From: an uncultured Gemmatimonadales bacterium | Lineage (GTDB): Bacteria > Gemmatimonadota > Gemmatimonadetes > Gemmatimonadales > GWC2-71-9 | DNA: 64,000 bases | NCBI GenBank assembly: GCA_963795085.1 | Contig: CAWCFX010000001.1 | Location: 288,001-352,000, forward strand | Direction: 5' to 3' | Shown here: positions 40,521 to 49,715 of the stretch, in pieces | Layout: each line of letters starts with the position of its first letter | Numbering within the stretch: position 1 is the stretch's first letter | Position numbers and translations under genes: made by a program | Notes under the pieces: generated by a model | Told to the model about the DNA's origin: nothing | Databases searched by the model: none | Seen by the model: only the letters and a program-made list of their open reading frames with translations

Positions 40521-41455
40521 ACGCCCGCCCTGGCCCCAACCGGAGCCGGAGAACGGGGCAGGGTGGAGCTGGTCCGTGCCGTGCGCAGCAGTTCCACGAA
40601 GGCTTCCTCCAGGTCGAGATCAATGATTTCCCGCAACATCCCGCCCTGCCGGGCGAAGTAGGATCCCATGTCTGCCTCCCACCCCCGAACCGACCAGGTT
40701 TCCCCCCCTCCCTGGCGCGACTCGCGCCCGAGGACAGTGAACGGAGCATCCACATGACTCTCTGGTGGGTTGGTGACTACTACCCGCTTGATGCCGTTCT
40801 TGAACATCAGCATCGGCAATTCGGTAATCAGATGACCCCGGTCCAGCACCCCGACCCAGTCGCAGACCCGCTCCAGCTCGTGTACCAGGTGGCTGGAGAT
40901 GAAGACAGTCGCCCCCCGATCGGAGACGTAGTCGAGCAGGGCGCTGAGCAACTCCCGGCGTACCACCGGGTCGAGGCCATCGGTCGGCTCGTCGAGCACC
41001 AGGAGCTCCGGCTGCTGTGCCAGTGCCAAGGTGATCATCAGCTTTCCCATCTCGCCTTTGGAGAGACTGCGGATTCCCCGACTTCCCTCCAGTCCAAAAC
41101 GGTGCAGCAGGTCGCTGGCCCAGGTTCCATCCCAGGTGGGATAGAAAGCGGCGTGAAAGCGCACCGACTCATCCACCGTGAGACTGAAATGCAGGTGCGG
41201 GCGCTCCGGCACATATCCGATTCTGCCCAGCGCATAACGAACTCGGCGAGGGATGGCCTCACCGAGCACGGTCATGTTTCCACTGGCTGGACGGAGCAGC
41301 CCGAGGAGCAGGCGGATCGTCGTTGTCTTGCCGGAGCCATTGGGACCAAGGAAACCATAGACGGCACCGGACCTGACCTGGATGGTGAGGTTCTCCAGGG
41401 CAAAGGATTTTCCCGGCCGGTAGCTCAGGTCCTTCGTTTCGATGGCATTAGTCAT
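40517..41455 (-). CDS. ABC transporter ATP-binding protein
   Basis: GPNGSGKTT, LSKGE, LDEPT, SSHLV. Confidence 0.95.
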   Translation of the reverse strand: MTNAIETKDLSYRPGKSFALENLTIQVRSGAVYGFLGPNGSGKTTTIRLLLGLLRPASGNMTVLGEAIPRRVRYALGRIGYVPERPHLHFSLTVDESVRFHAAFYPTWDGTWASDLLHRFGLEGSRGIRSLSKGEMGKLMITLALAQQPELLVLDEPTDGLDPVVRRELLSALLDYVSDRGATVFISSHLVHELERVCDWVGVLDRGHLITELPMLMFKNGIKRVVVTNPPESHVDAPFTVLGRESRQGGGETWSVRGWEADMGSYFARQGGMLREIIDLDLEEAFVELLRTARTSSTLPRSPAPVGARAGV

Positions 41456-41831
41456 TGGACCGTCCTCCCAGTTCGTCGTCCAGCGCGACCTTCAGCTCCG
41501 CGAACGGAATCCCCAGTCGGCCGGCCTCGGCCAGCATGCCGCGAATCAGTTGTCGCGCCTGAATGCTGCGTTCCTCCGCTCGTTGCTCCGAAGGAATCGC
41601 CTTCACGAAGCTGCCGGCTCCCTGGCGCAATTCGACAAACCCGGCGCCTTCCAGATCGCGGTAGGCTTGGACCGCGGTGGCGGGGTTCACCCGGAGTCGG
41701 GCGGCCAGCTGCCGGACCGAGGGGAGGGGGTCACCCGGGGCAAGATCCCCCGCCGCGATGGCGACCCGGATGCGTTCAGCGATCTGGGCGTAGAGCGGGG
41801 TGGGGCTCCGGGGGTCGATGCGTTCGAACAA
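41448..41831 (-). CDS. GntR family regulator (YtrA subfamily)
   Basis: PLYAQIAE, LPSVRQLA..LRVNPAT..QAYRDLE..G, short C-terminus; SD AGGAG. Confidence 0.92.
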   Translation of the reverse strand: MFERIDPRSPTPLYAQIAERIRVAIAAGDLAPGDPLPSVRQLAARLRVNPATAVQAYRDLEGAGFVELRQGAGSFVKAIPSEQRAEERSIQARQLIRGMLAEAGRLGIPFAELKVALDDELGGRSND

Positions 41832-41840
41832 TTCACTCCT

Positions 41841-41888
41841 AGTGTATCACTGTAGCAATACAGTGATATCTCAAGGCTGTTTTGTCAA
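41841..41888 (-). promoter_or_regulatory. YtrA-type operator palindrome overlapping a putative promoter
   Basis: TATCACTGTA-GCAA-TACAGTGATA (41845-41868); minus-strand TTGACA at 41888-41883. Confidence 0.75.
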
Positions 41889-42000
41889 GCGGCTGGGGCA
41901 CCCTGGCCGGACTCTCCGCTCACGCGACCCGAACTCCGGCTGTATATTCCGCCTCCGCCGGAGCGCTGCCTCCTTTCTCATCTTATTGAACATCAAGGGT

Positions 42001-43662
42001 TTGTCCGTGTCCAAGATTCTCCCGCTCCGTTACCAGCCAGGCCTCCCTCTCGATCGCCTGATTCTCCGGGAACCGCCCCACTCCGAGGCCATTGAAATGG
42101 ATGTGGTCTTCGTCGGGGCCGGGCCGGCCGGGCTGGCTGGCGCCATCGAACTGGCCCGGCTGGTCAAGCAGGACCAGGATGCGGGCGGCACCCTGGGCGA
42201 GGTCAGCATCGCGCTGCTCGAGAAGGCGGGCAGCCTGGGAGAACACAACCTCTCCGGCGCCGTGGTCAATCCCCGGGCGATGCGCAGTCTCTTCCCCGGC
42301 TTGTCGGACAGCGAGTTTCCCTTCCGGCAGCCGGTGACCGGCGAGTCGGTCCAGATGCTGACCGCCAGCCGGGCGCTGACAATCCCGGTGCCGCCGACGA
42401 TGAAAAACCACGGAAACCACATCGCCAGTATCTGCGAGATCGTCCGCTGGCTGGGTGAGAAGGCAGAGGGCCTCGGCGTCAATATCTTTCCGGGGTTTCC
42501 GGTGGACTCGCTCCTGGTCCAGGAGACCCGGGTCATCGGCGTCCGTACCACGCCGAGCGGTCTGGAGCGAGACGGATCCCGGGGCCCCAACTATGCCGAG
42601 CCCACCGACCTGACGGCGAAGGTCACGGTGCTGGCCGAAGGCACCCGGGGACCGCTGGGCCAGGCCTGGCGGCAGTGGCAGGATATCGGCTCGCCCAATC
42701 CCCAGATGTTCGCGCTCGGCGTCAAGGAGATATGGCAGGTCAAGGCGCCGGTGGACCGCATCATCCATACGCTCGGTTGGCCGCTGCCTCCCGACGCTTT
42801 CGGCGGTAGTTTCCTCTACCCGCTGTCTCCCGAACTCGTAGCCCTGGGGCTGGTCGTCGGCACCGATTATCGCGACGCCAACCTCGATGTTCACGTCCTC
42901 CTCCAGCAGATGAAGCTGCACCCGTTCTTCCGCCCGGTGCTGGAAGGCGGCGAAATGTTGGAGTGGGGCGCCAAGACCATTCCGGAAGGCGGCTACCACT
43001 CGCTCCCCGAGCGGTTAAGCGGGGATGGCCTCGTGATGATCGGCGATACGGTGGGATTCGTAGATGTCCCCTCGCTCAAGGGGATTCACTACGCGATGGA
43101 GTCGGGCATGCTGGCGGCACGGGCCATCTTTGCGGCGCTCAAGGCGGGCAGTGCGAGCGGGGCCTCCCTGGCCGCCTATGACCGGTCCATCCGCGAGAGT
43201 TACATCGTCCAGGACATGAAGAAGACCCGGAACATGCGGCTGGCGTTCAAGTCCGGCTTCGTCGCCGGGGGGGTCAAAGCCGGCCTGATGACGCTCACTG
43301 GAGGCCGGTTGCTGGGCGGCCGGATCACAGCCCCGGAGGATGCGGCAGAAGAGAAAGTGGTGACGCCCGCTCAGCCGTTCGTGCCGGACAACGTGCTGAC
43401 CTACAGCAAGGTGGACGCGGTGTTCAAGTCTGGCAACCAGACCCGCGATTCCATTCCGGCCCATCTGGTGGTGGGAAAGGACGTTGGCGGCGATGTCGCC
43501 GAGTTCTACAGCCACGTGTGTCCGGCCGGAGTGTACGAGCGGGTGGGAGACGAGTTGCGGGTCAACGCTCCCAACTGCGTGGACTGCAAGGCTACCGACG
43601 TCCTGGGCCCGCGCTGGACTCCCCGCGAAGGAGGCAGCGGCCCCAAGTACCGGACCATGTGA
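42001..43662 (+). CDS. ETF-ubiquinone oxidoreductase
   Basis: VGAGPAGL, HNLSGA, KTIPEGG, KGIHYAM.SG, CPAGVYE..NCVDCKAT; start TTG 42001 or GTG 42007. Confidence 0.92.
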   Translation: MSVSKILPLRYQPGLPLDRLILREPPHSEAIEMDVVFVGAGPAGLAGAIELARLVKQDQDAGGTLGEVSIALLEKAGSLGEHNLSGAVVNPRAMRSLFPGLSDSEFPFRQPVTGESVQMLTASRALTIPVPPTMKNHGNHIASICEIVRWLGEKAEGLGVNIFPGFPVDSLLVQETRVIGVRTTPSGLERDGSRGPNYAEPTDLTAKVTVLAEGTRGPLGQAWRQWQDIGSPNPQMFALGVKEIWQVKAPVDRIIHTLGWPLPPDAFGGSFLYPLSPELVALGLVVGTDYRDANLDVHVLLQQMKLHPFFRPVLEGGEMLEWGAKTIPEGGYHSLPERLSGDGLVMIGDTVGFVDVPSLKGIHYAMESGMLAARAIFAALKAGSASGASLAAYDRSIRESYIVQDMKKTRNMRLAFKSGFVAGGVKAGLMTLTGGRLLGGRITAPEDAAEEKVVTPAQPFVPDNVLTYSKVDAVFKSGNQTRDSIPAHLVVGKDVGGDVAEFYSHVCPAGVYERVGDELRVNAPNCVDCKATDVLGPRWTPREGGSGPKYRTM

Positions 43663-44837
43663 CGGTGCGGCGCCCGAGCGGGTCGTTTCACCTCCACCGG
43701 CTATGGCGGACCCCGGACCCCCTTCTGCTGGATGCCGGCGCCGAAGGGGAAGTGCTGGTGGCCCGGATCCGGCTGTTTATCTGTGCCACCCTGGTCCTTA
43801 TCCCGGTCTTCGGGCTCCGGGGTTCGACCAGCGACGAGACCATGGTCGGGGTCGGGGCCACGCTGGTGGCGCTCATCATCGCGATCGCGGTGTACTTGCT
43901 GGTCAAACAGGATTTCTACCGGCCCTGGCTCGGCATGCTCACCAGCCTGCTCGACGTGACGCTGGTGAGCGCGGCCCTCGCGATGTTTCTCCTTCTCGAG
44001 CAGCCCCACACGTCAGTCAACAGCCGGGTCATCTTCGAGGCCTATTTCCTTGCCATCGGCGCGACCAGCCTGCGCTATGATATCCGGATCTGCCTGGCGG
44101 CCGGGGCCCTGGGCATCGCCCAGTATTTCAGTATTGTCTGGTTCGCCTCGTCGTACTGGGACCTGAACAATCCCCTCTTCGCGCCCTTCCGCTACGGATT
44201 TTTCGACTGGGGGTCCCAACTCTCCCGGCTCATCCTGATGTTCATCGCCGCGGTGCTGAGCGCGGTCGTCGTGCTGCGGGCCCAGCGGCTGCGGCGGCTC
44301 TCGACCAGCGACCGGCTGACCGGGTTGATGAACCGGGGCTATTTCGACGAGCGGATGACGTCAGAGGTGAGCCGAGCCCGGCGCTACGGCCACCCGATGT
44401 CGGTGGCCATGATTGACGTGGACCACTTCAAGCGCTTCAACGACACCATGGGCCATGCCGCCGGGGACGCGGCCCTCCAGGTCCTCGCCGATACCATCAG
44501 GCACTCGCTCCGGCAGAGCGATATTGTGGCCCGCTACGGGGGCGAGGAGTTCGTGGTGATCATGCCGATGACTACCCTGGCCCAGGCGGCCGAGAAGCTG
44601 GACGCCATGCGCCTGGCGGTTGCCAATCTTGTCATCGACGTCCCCAAGCGGGGGGCGCAGGCCCAGCTCACGATCAGTGCCGGCGTGGCCTGTCTTCCCG
44701 AGGACGGCGTTCAGGATGACGACCTCCTGGACATTGCGGATCGCCGGCTCTTCCTGGCTAAACAGGGGGGGCGGAATAAAATCGGCCGGGCAGGGGGGCA
44801 GAACCAGATGCGGGATGGTAGGGCGACAAGGCCTTGA
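43659..44837 (+). CDS. Membrane-bound diguanylate cyclase
   Basis: About 6 TM, DRLTGLMNR, DVDHFKRFND..GH..GD, RQSD I-site, RYGGEEF; GTG overlaps the upstream TGA. Confidence 0.92.
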   Translation: MTVRRPSGSFHLHRLWRTPDPLLLDAGAEGEVLVARIRLFICATLVLIPVFGLRGSTSDETMVGVGATLVALIIAIAVYLLVKQDFYRPWLGMLTSLLDVTLVSAALAMFLLLEQPHTSVNSRVIFEAYFLAIGATSLRYDIRICLAAGALGIAQYFSIVWFASSYWDLNNPLFAPFRYGFFDWGSQLSRLILMFIAAVLSAVVVLRAQRLRRLSTSDRLTGLMNRGYFDERMTSEVSRARRYGHPMSVAMIDVDHFKRFNDTMGHAAGDAALQVLADTIRHSLRQSDIVARYGGEEFVVIMPMTTLAQAAEKLDAMRLAVANLVIDVPKRGAQAQLTISAGVACLPEDGVQDDDLLDIADRRLFLAKQGGRNKIGRAGGQNQMRDGRATRP

Positions 44838-44961
44838 TTGTAACAGAATCGTAGTATTATTCACATCTTAGCAATGTTTTGCAGTTTGGCAACACCTGTC
44901 GGCATAATGTGTTATGCTGTTCAGTAAGGTTATCAAGATTATTGTGAATAGTTTGTTGATA

Positions 44962-44989
44962 TTGACCGCCCTCCCGATCATCCTATGTT
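44962..44989 (+). promoter_or_regulatory. Putative sigma70 promoter with no downstream CDS
   Basis: TTGACC-16 nt-TATGTT behind an AT-rich patch. Confidence 0.5.
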
Positions 44990-44994
44990 AGCCC

Positions 44995-45246
44995 CCTGCA
45001 TTCGTGTTGTTTGAGAAGGCCCCTTCGCCAGAGGGTCGTTGTGGTTCGATTCGACCGGTCCACCCCGGTATGGAAAGGGGTGGGCGCCGGTCGGAGCCTT
45101 GTCGGGTTTGGTGAGCAGGCGCACGGCGGAGGATTGGCGGCCCCCACAAATTGACCTTGCGGCACGGCGGTACGTCAGCAGAAGAAAGGCCTCAGCGCCT
45201 TTACCCCAACGGCCCTGCTGACGTACCCCGCGCTGCTTTTTTTATT
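44995..45246 (+). ncRNA. Candidate structured ncRNA of unknown family
   Basis: Lies between convergent genes; promoter upstream; consecutive hairpins; ends in GGTACGTCAGCAG/CTGCTGACGTACC stem plus T7. Confidence 0.45.
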
Positions 45247-46081
45247 CCTGGAAGGTGTTACAACTTTCCGGCCTCCCCGATTCCAGCCCCCGCCGGAGCC
45301 ACTCCACCCGTTGTGAAGAACTTCCGTGGGTCCAGGTTTCGGGGCTGGCGGCGCCACCTCCCATGCGCTGCAGGCGGTCATCTCCAATGGCCGCTGCGGC
45401 ATTCAGACCTTCCTCAACGTCCCCCGGCTCGAGAGTGACCTGTCCCGCAGTCTGGTGGCCCCAGACCCCGGCATAGCAGTCCGCCTGCAGTTCCAGCCGC
45501 ACTGAAAGGTCATTCGCGGCATCGGGCCGCTGCTGTTGAGCGGATCGGACCTGGTCGCTGATCCCGGTCAGTTGCTGGACATGATGGCCGATCTCGTGCG
45601 CGACGACGTAGGCCTGAGCGAAGTCTCCCGGGGCGCCGAACCGTTCATGCAGTTCACCGAAGAAGCCAAGGTCGAGGTAGACCTGCTGGTCCGCGGGGCA
45701 GTAGAACGGCCCCGATGCCGACTGGCCCACCCCGCACGCCGTGGACGTGGCATCCCGGAAGATGACCAGCCGGGCATCCTGGTATCGCTGGCCCGCTGCC
45801 GAAAAGATGCGTGACCAGGTGGCCTGGGCATCGTCCAGCACGTCGGACATGAAGTCCATCTGCAACTCTTCTTCCGGCGTTCCCACATAGGGCGTACCGT
45901 CGGCGGCGGGAGCCACCCCCGGGTCGCCCCCGCCGCCCGCCATCGAGAGGAAATCCTTCCCGAAAACCAGGCTCAGGACCAGGAGGAGGACGGTGCCACC
46001 CACCCCCATCCCCACGCCGCCCATTCGCATGCCCCGGCGGTCTTCAATGTTCGCGCTCCGGCCACCCCGTGTCCATCGCAT
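45242..46081 (-). CDS. Neutral zinc metallopeptidase (YpfJ family)
   Basis: S.NIEDRRG, GPFYCPAD, AHEIGHHVQ, ELQADCYAG, THGSS.QR. Confidence 0.92.
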   Translation of the reverse strand: MRWTRGGRSANIEDRRGMRMGGVGMGVGGTVLLLVLSLVFGKDFLSMAGGGGDPGVAPAADGTPYVGTPEEELQMDFMSDVLDDAQATWSRIFSAAGQRYQDARLVIFRDATSTACGVGQSASGPFYCPADQQVYLDLGFFGELHERFGAPGDFAQAYVVAHEIGHHVQQLTGISDQVRSAQQQRPDAANDLSVRLELQADCYAGVWGHQTAGQVTLEPGDVEEGLNAAAAIGDDRLQRMGGGAASPETWTHGSSSQRVEWLRRGLESGRPESCNTFQE

Positions 46082-46228
46082 AACCACTCCCGGAAGGGTT
46101 TCCCCGAATAAACGCTGGCCGGCTGAACGCCGCTGTGGCAAATGACCCGGAAGCGAGATTCGGATAGCGGATTCCCAAGCGCGGCCTGCAGGTCAGCCAG
46201 AAATCGGGAACTTTCATCTGCAATCGCT

Positions 46229-46768
46229 TCACCGCAGTTTCGCCGCCCACTGTTTCCGCAGCTTGGCGACCTTGGGGGCCACCACCGCCCGGCAGTATCC
46301 CTGGTCCGGGTTCCGGGCGTAGTAGTCACGGTGGTACGCCTCGGCGGGATAAAACGCGATCAAGGGAGCCACCTCGGTGACGATCGGTGCGGGGAAGACC
46401 CGCTCCTCGTTCAGCAGCGTGATCATGGCCTCGGTTTCGATCCGCTGGCTGGCTGTCTCATAGAAAACGGCCGACCGGTACTGGGTGCCCGTGTCCGCAC
46501 CCTGGCGATTGAGAGTGGTCGGGTCATGGATAGTGAAAAAGATCTCAAGCAGCTCCCGAAAACGTATCTGGGCCGGGTCAAAGGTGAGCCGGACCGCTTC
46601 GGCGTGTCCGGTCTCTCCGCCGCATACCGCCTCGTAGGTCGGGTCGGCACCCTTGCCGCCGGTGTAACCGGATTCGACCTTCTCTACCCCGCGGACATTG
46701 AGAAAGACGGCCTCCAGGCACCAGAAACACCCGCCCGCCAGCGTCGTGACCTCTTGTGCTTCGCTCAT
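46229..46768 (-). CDS. msrA: Peptide-methionine (S)-S-oxide reductase
   Basis: GGCFWCLE, HDPTTLNRQGAD.GTQYRS, AEAYH. Confidence 0.95.
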   Translation of the reverse strand: MSEAQEVTTLAGGCFWCLEAVFLNVRGVEKVESGYTGGKGADPTYEAVCGGETGHAEAVRLTFDPAQIRFRELLEIFFTIHDPTTLNRQGADTGTQYRSAVFYETASQRIETEAMITLLNEERVFPAPIVTEVAPLIAFYPAEAYHRDYYARNPDQGYCRAVVAPKVAKLRKQWAAKLR

Positions 46769-46770
46769 CT

Positions 46771-47193
46771 TCATCCTTCGCCGAAAATTTTGATGATTAC
46801 CCGCTTGCGGCGCTGACCGTCCCATTCCCCATAAAAGACCCGCTGCCAGGGTCCGAAATCGAGGCGGCCGGCGGTGATCGGGATGATCACCTCGTGGCCC
46901 ATCACGAGGCTCCGGAGGTGCGCTGCGGCGTTGTCCTCCCCCGTCTCATTGTGCTGGTACCGCCCGGGGTCCCAGGGGGCCACCGTATGCTCCAGCCAGT
47001 GAAGGATGTCTTTCCAGAGGCCCGATTCATGGTCGTTGACGAATACCGAAGCGCTGATGTGCATGGCCGAAACCAGCACGAATCCTTCCCGGATGCCGCT
47101 CGCGGTCACCTGCTCGGCCACCTGGTCGGTGATGTCGATGATCTCCTGACGCTTCCTGGTCTCGAACCAGAGGTAGTGGGTGTGGGTGGGCAT
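46771..47193 (-). CDS. YjbQ/UPF0047 family protein
   Basis: [36 protein letters not shown]. Confidence 0.9.
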   Translation of the reverse strand: MPTHTHYLWFETRKRQEIIDITDQVAEQVTASGIREGFVLVSAMHISASVFVNDHESGLWKDILHWLEHTVAPWDPGRYQHNETGEDNAAAHLRSLVMGHEVIIPITAGRLDFGPWQRVFYGEWDGQRRKRVIIKIFGEG

Positions 47194-47205
47194 GGATGAT
47201 AAAAA

Positions 47206-47336
47206 GGGGCCAGGGGGCAAGGGGGCAAGGGGGCAAGGCAGCCCGGAGCGCCGCGACCCACTGACCCACTGACCCACTGACCCACTAAACCCACTAAACC
47301 CACTAAACCCACTAACCCACTAACCCACTAAACCCC
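47206..47336. repeat. Compound tandem array: (GGGGGCAA)n, then (GACCCACT)n, (AAACCCACT)n, (AACCCACT)n
   Basis: 8/9-bp periods filling the MFS-yjbQ gap and including the MFS stop codon. Confidence 0.92.
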
Positions 47337-48695
47337 CGGAAGCACCTCCAGTGCCCGCTCCGCCTCCCTCGCTTCTCGCTGCCCGGCGTCCACATCAACC
47401 TTGAGAAGGAGCCAGGCTCCCAGGACAAAGAACCCGATGACTGAGAGGATCGACAGTCGAGTGGAGCCGGTGGCGGCGATGACCACCGCGATAATGGCTG
47501 GGCCGAAGACGCCGGCAAACTTCTCGAAGACCGCGAAGAATCCGAAGAACTCGCCCGACTGGTGCCTGGGGATCATGCTGGCGAAGAGCGACCGGCTGAT
47601 CGCCTGGGTGCCGCCCTGGACCATCCCGACCAGCACCGCCAGGATCAGAAAGTGGAGGGCCGTCGTCATGAAGTAGCCCAGGATGCTGATCCCGGCATAG
47701 ACCAGCAGGCCCAGGAAGATGGACTGCTTGGTGCCGATCCGATCGGCGAGCATCCCGTACAGGAAGGCAAAGGGGACCCCTACGAACTGGACCAGGAGGA
47801 TGGATGCGATCAGGGCGCCCCGCCCGATGCCCACCTCGGTGCCGTAAATGGTCGCCATTCGGATGATGGTGCCGATGCCGTCGTTATAGACCAGGAACGC
47901 CAGCAGCATCAGGAAGGCGTTCCGGTATCCGCGGAGTTGCCGGAAGGTTGCCGACAACTGGCGCAGGGCGGCCGAGAGCGGGGGACGCGGGGGACCTGGA
48001 GCGGCCCGCCGGGCCGGTTCGGCCACCCGCCGGAAAAGCGGAATGGAGAACAGCAGCCACCAGACCGCGACCGAGAGGAAGGCCAGCCGGGTGGGCAGGG
48101 TTGCCTGTTCCGGCGAGATGCCGGCGCCGTGCGGCAGGCCGAACCATTCCGGCTTCTGGATCCAGGCCAGGTTGAGGGCCAGCAGGAGTCCGGAGCCGAG
48201 GTAGCCCAGCGCATACCCGGCGGTAGAGACCCGGTTGATCTCTTCGGGCCGGGCCACGTGCGGCAGCAAGGCGTCATAGAACACGAAGCTGCCGTTGGCT
48301 CCGATGTTGGCGGCCACGAAGAGGCTGGCCGCGAGCAACCAGTCACCCCGCTGGATGAAGAACATCATGCCGACCGCGGCCACGCCCATCAGCATGAAGG
48401 CGGCCAGCAGCCGCTTCTTGGCGCCGGCATAGTCGGCGATCGTCCCCAGCAGGGGGGAAAGCGCCGCGATGAGGGCGAGGCCGATGGTCGTGGCGATGGT
48501 GAAGCGGAAGGTGGCGACCCGGGGCGGGAGATCGGCCGCCGCGACGGCCGAGAAGTAGATCGGGAAGATGGCGGTAATGATTACCACCATGAACGCCGAA
48601 TTGGCCCAGTCGTACATCGCCCAGGCCACCAGGGCCGGGCGATGGAGGCCGAGACGGGCGCGCCAGGTATGGTCGGGCAGGGTCGGGTTGGTCAC
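47328..48695 (-). CDS. MFS transporter (UMF1/ATG22-like)
   Basis: WAMYDWANSAF, FYDALLP, YNDGIGT, QGGTQAISRS, EFFGF. Confidence 0.9.
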   Translation of the reverse strand: MTNPTLPDHTWRARLGLHRPALVAWAMYDWANSAFMVVIITAIFPIYFSAVAAADLPPRVATFRFTIATTIGLALIAALSPLLGTIADYAGAKKRLLAAFMLMGVAAVGMMFFIQRGDWLLAASLFVAANIGANGSFVFYDALLPHVARPEEINRVSTAGYALGYLGSGLLLALNLAWIQKPEWFGLPHGAGISPEQATLPTRLAFLSVAVWWLLFSIPLFRRVAEPARRAAPGPPRPPLSAALRQLSATFRQLRGYRNAFLMLLAFLVYNDGIGTIIRMATIYGTEVGIGRGALIASILLVQFVGVPFAFLYGMLADRIGTKQSIFLGLLVYAGISILGYFMTTALHFLILAVLVGMVQGGTQAISRSLFASMIPRHQSGEFFGFFAVFEKFAGVFGPAIIAVVIAATGSTRLSILSVIGFFVLGAWLLLKVDVDAGQREAREAERALEVLPGV

Positions 48696-48767
48696 CGGGA
48701 AGGGCGGGGAAGAGAAGGCTCAAAGGTACTGCGGGCGGACCGGCGCAACAACGCGCCGGGCCGCAGG

Positions 48768-49715
48768 TCATCCCTGCGAGGCCGGCCTCGCGATGGCGGC
48801 GGCCCGCCGGGTCTTCCGGATGGACAGCAGGACCGCGCCGGTCAAGGTCAGCAGGATGATGCCCAGCGATAGCGTGATCGGCAGGTGGACCCATTTGGCC
48901 AGCACCATCTTGATCCCCACGAAAATCAGAATGGCCGCCACGCCGGGTTTCAGGTACTCGAACTTGTCCAGCATTCCAGCCAGGATGAAGAACAGGGAGC
49001 GCAGGCCGAGGATGGCAAACACATTGGACGAATAGACAATAAAGGGATCCCGGGTGACCGCAAATATCGCCGGGATGCTGTCCACCGCGAACACCAGGTC
49101 GGTGGTCTCGATGATGATCAGCACCAGCAGGAGCGGCGTGGCGACCAGTTTGCCCCGGTGCCGGGTAAAGAAGCTCTGCCCGTGGTACGAGGTGGTAAAC
49201 GGCAGGATGCGCTGGGTCAGGCGGACCACCGGGTTCTTCTCCGGCTCGATCCGGGTCTCGCCGGCCTTGAGCATCTTGATGCCGGTGAAGATGACGATGG
49301 CCCCGAAGACATAGATGACCCACTCGAACTGTTCCAGCAGCAGAGCGCCCAGCAGGATCATGATGAATCGCATGACGATCGCGCCGATGATGCCCCACTT
49401 GAGCACCCGGGGCTGCAACTCGGCGGGCACGCTGAAATACTGGAACACCAGGATGAACACGAACAGGTTGTCCACGCTCAGCGACAGCTCGATGATATAG
49501 CCGGTGTAATACTCGAGCGCGTGCTGGGTGCCTTCCCGGTGAAGCAGGAACAGCCCGAAGAGGAGCGCCAGGCTGACCCACCCGGCACTCCAGCTGGCGG
49601 CCTCCTTGAAGCTGAGCACATGCGACTTGCGGTTGAACACGCCGAGGTCCAGCGCCATCAGGATGATGACGATGGCGCTGAACCCGATCCAGACGCTGAA
49701 CCCGTGATCGCCCAC
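48768..49715 (-). CDS. TerC/Alx family membrane protein
   Basis: ELSLSVDNLFVF, DLVFAVDSIPAIFAVT.DPFIVYSSNVFAILGLR. Confidence 0.93.
   Translation of the reverse strand: MGDHGFSVWIGFSAIVIILMALDLGVFNRKSHVLSFKEAASWSAGWVSLALLFGLFLLHREGTQHALEYYTGYIIELSLSVDNLFVFILVFQYFSVPAELQPRVLKWGIIGAIVMRFIMILLGALLLEQFEWVIYVFGAIVIFTGIKMLKAGETRIEPEKNPVVRLTQRILPFTTSYHGQSFFTRHRGKLVATPLLLVLIIIETTDLVFAVDSIPAIFAVTRDPFIVYSSNVFAILGLRSLFFILAGMLDKFEYLKPGVAAILIFVGIKMVLAKWVHLPITLSLGIILLTLTGAVLLSIRKTRRAAAIARPASQG

Noticed and set aside
45035..45060. GGTTCGATTC as a tRNA T-loop
   Set aside because: The flanks do not form a T-stem, and there is no cloverleaf or CCA end.
45039..45221. 60-aa ORF in the candidate ncRNA region
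   Set aside because: TTG start without a clear SD, no motifs, and the sequence is better explained by base pairing.
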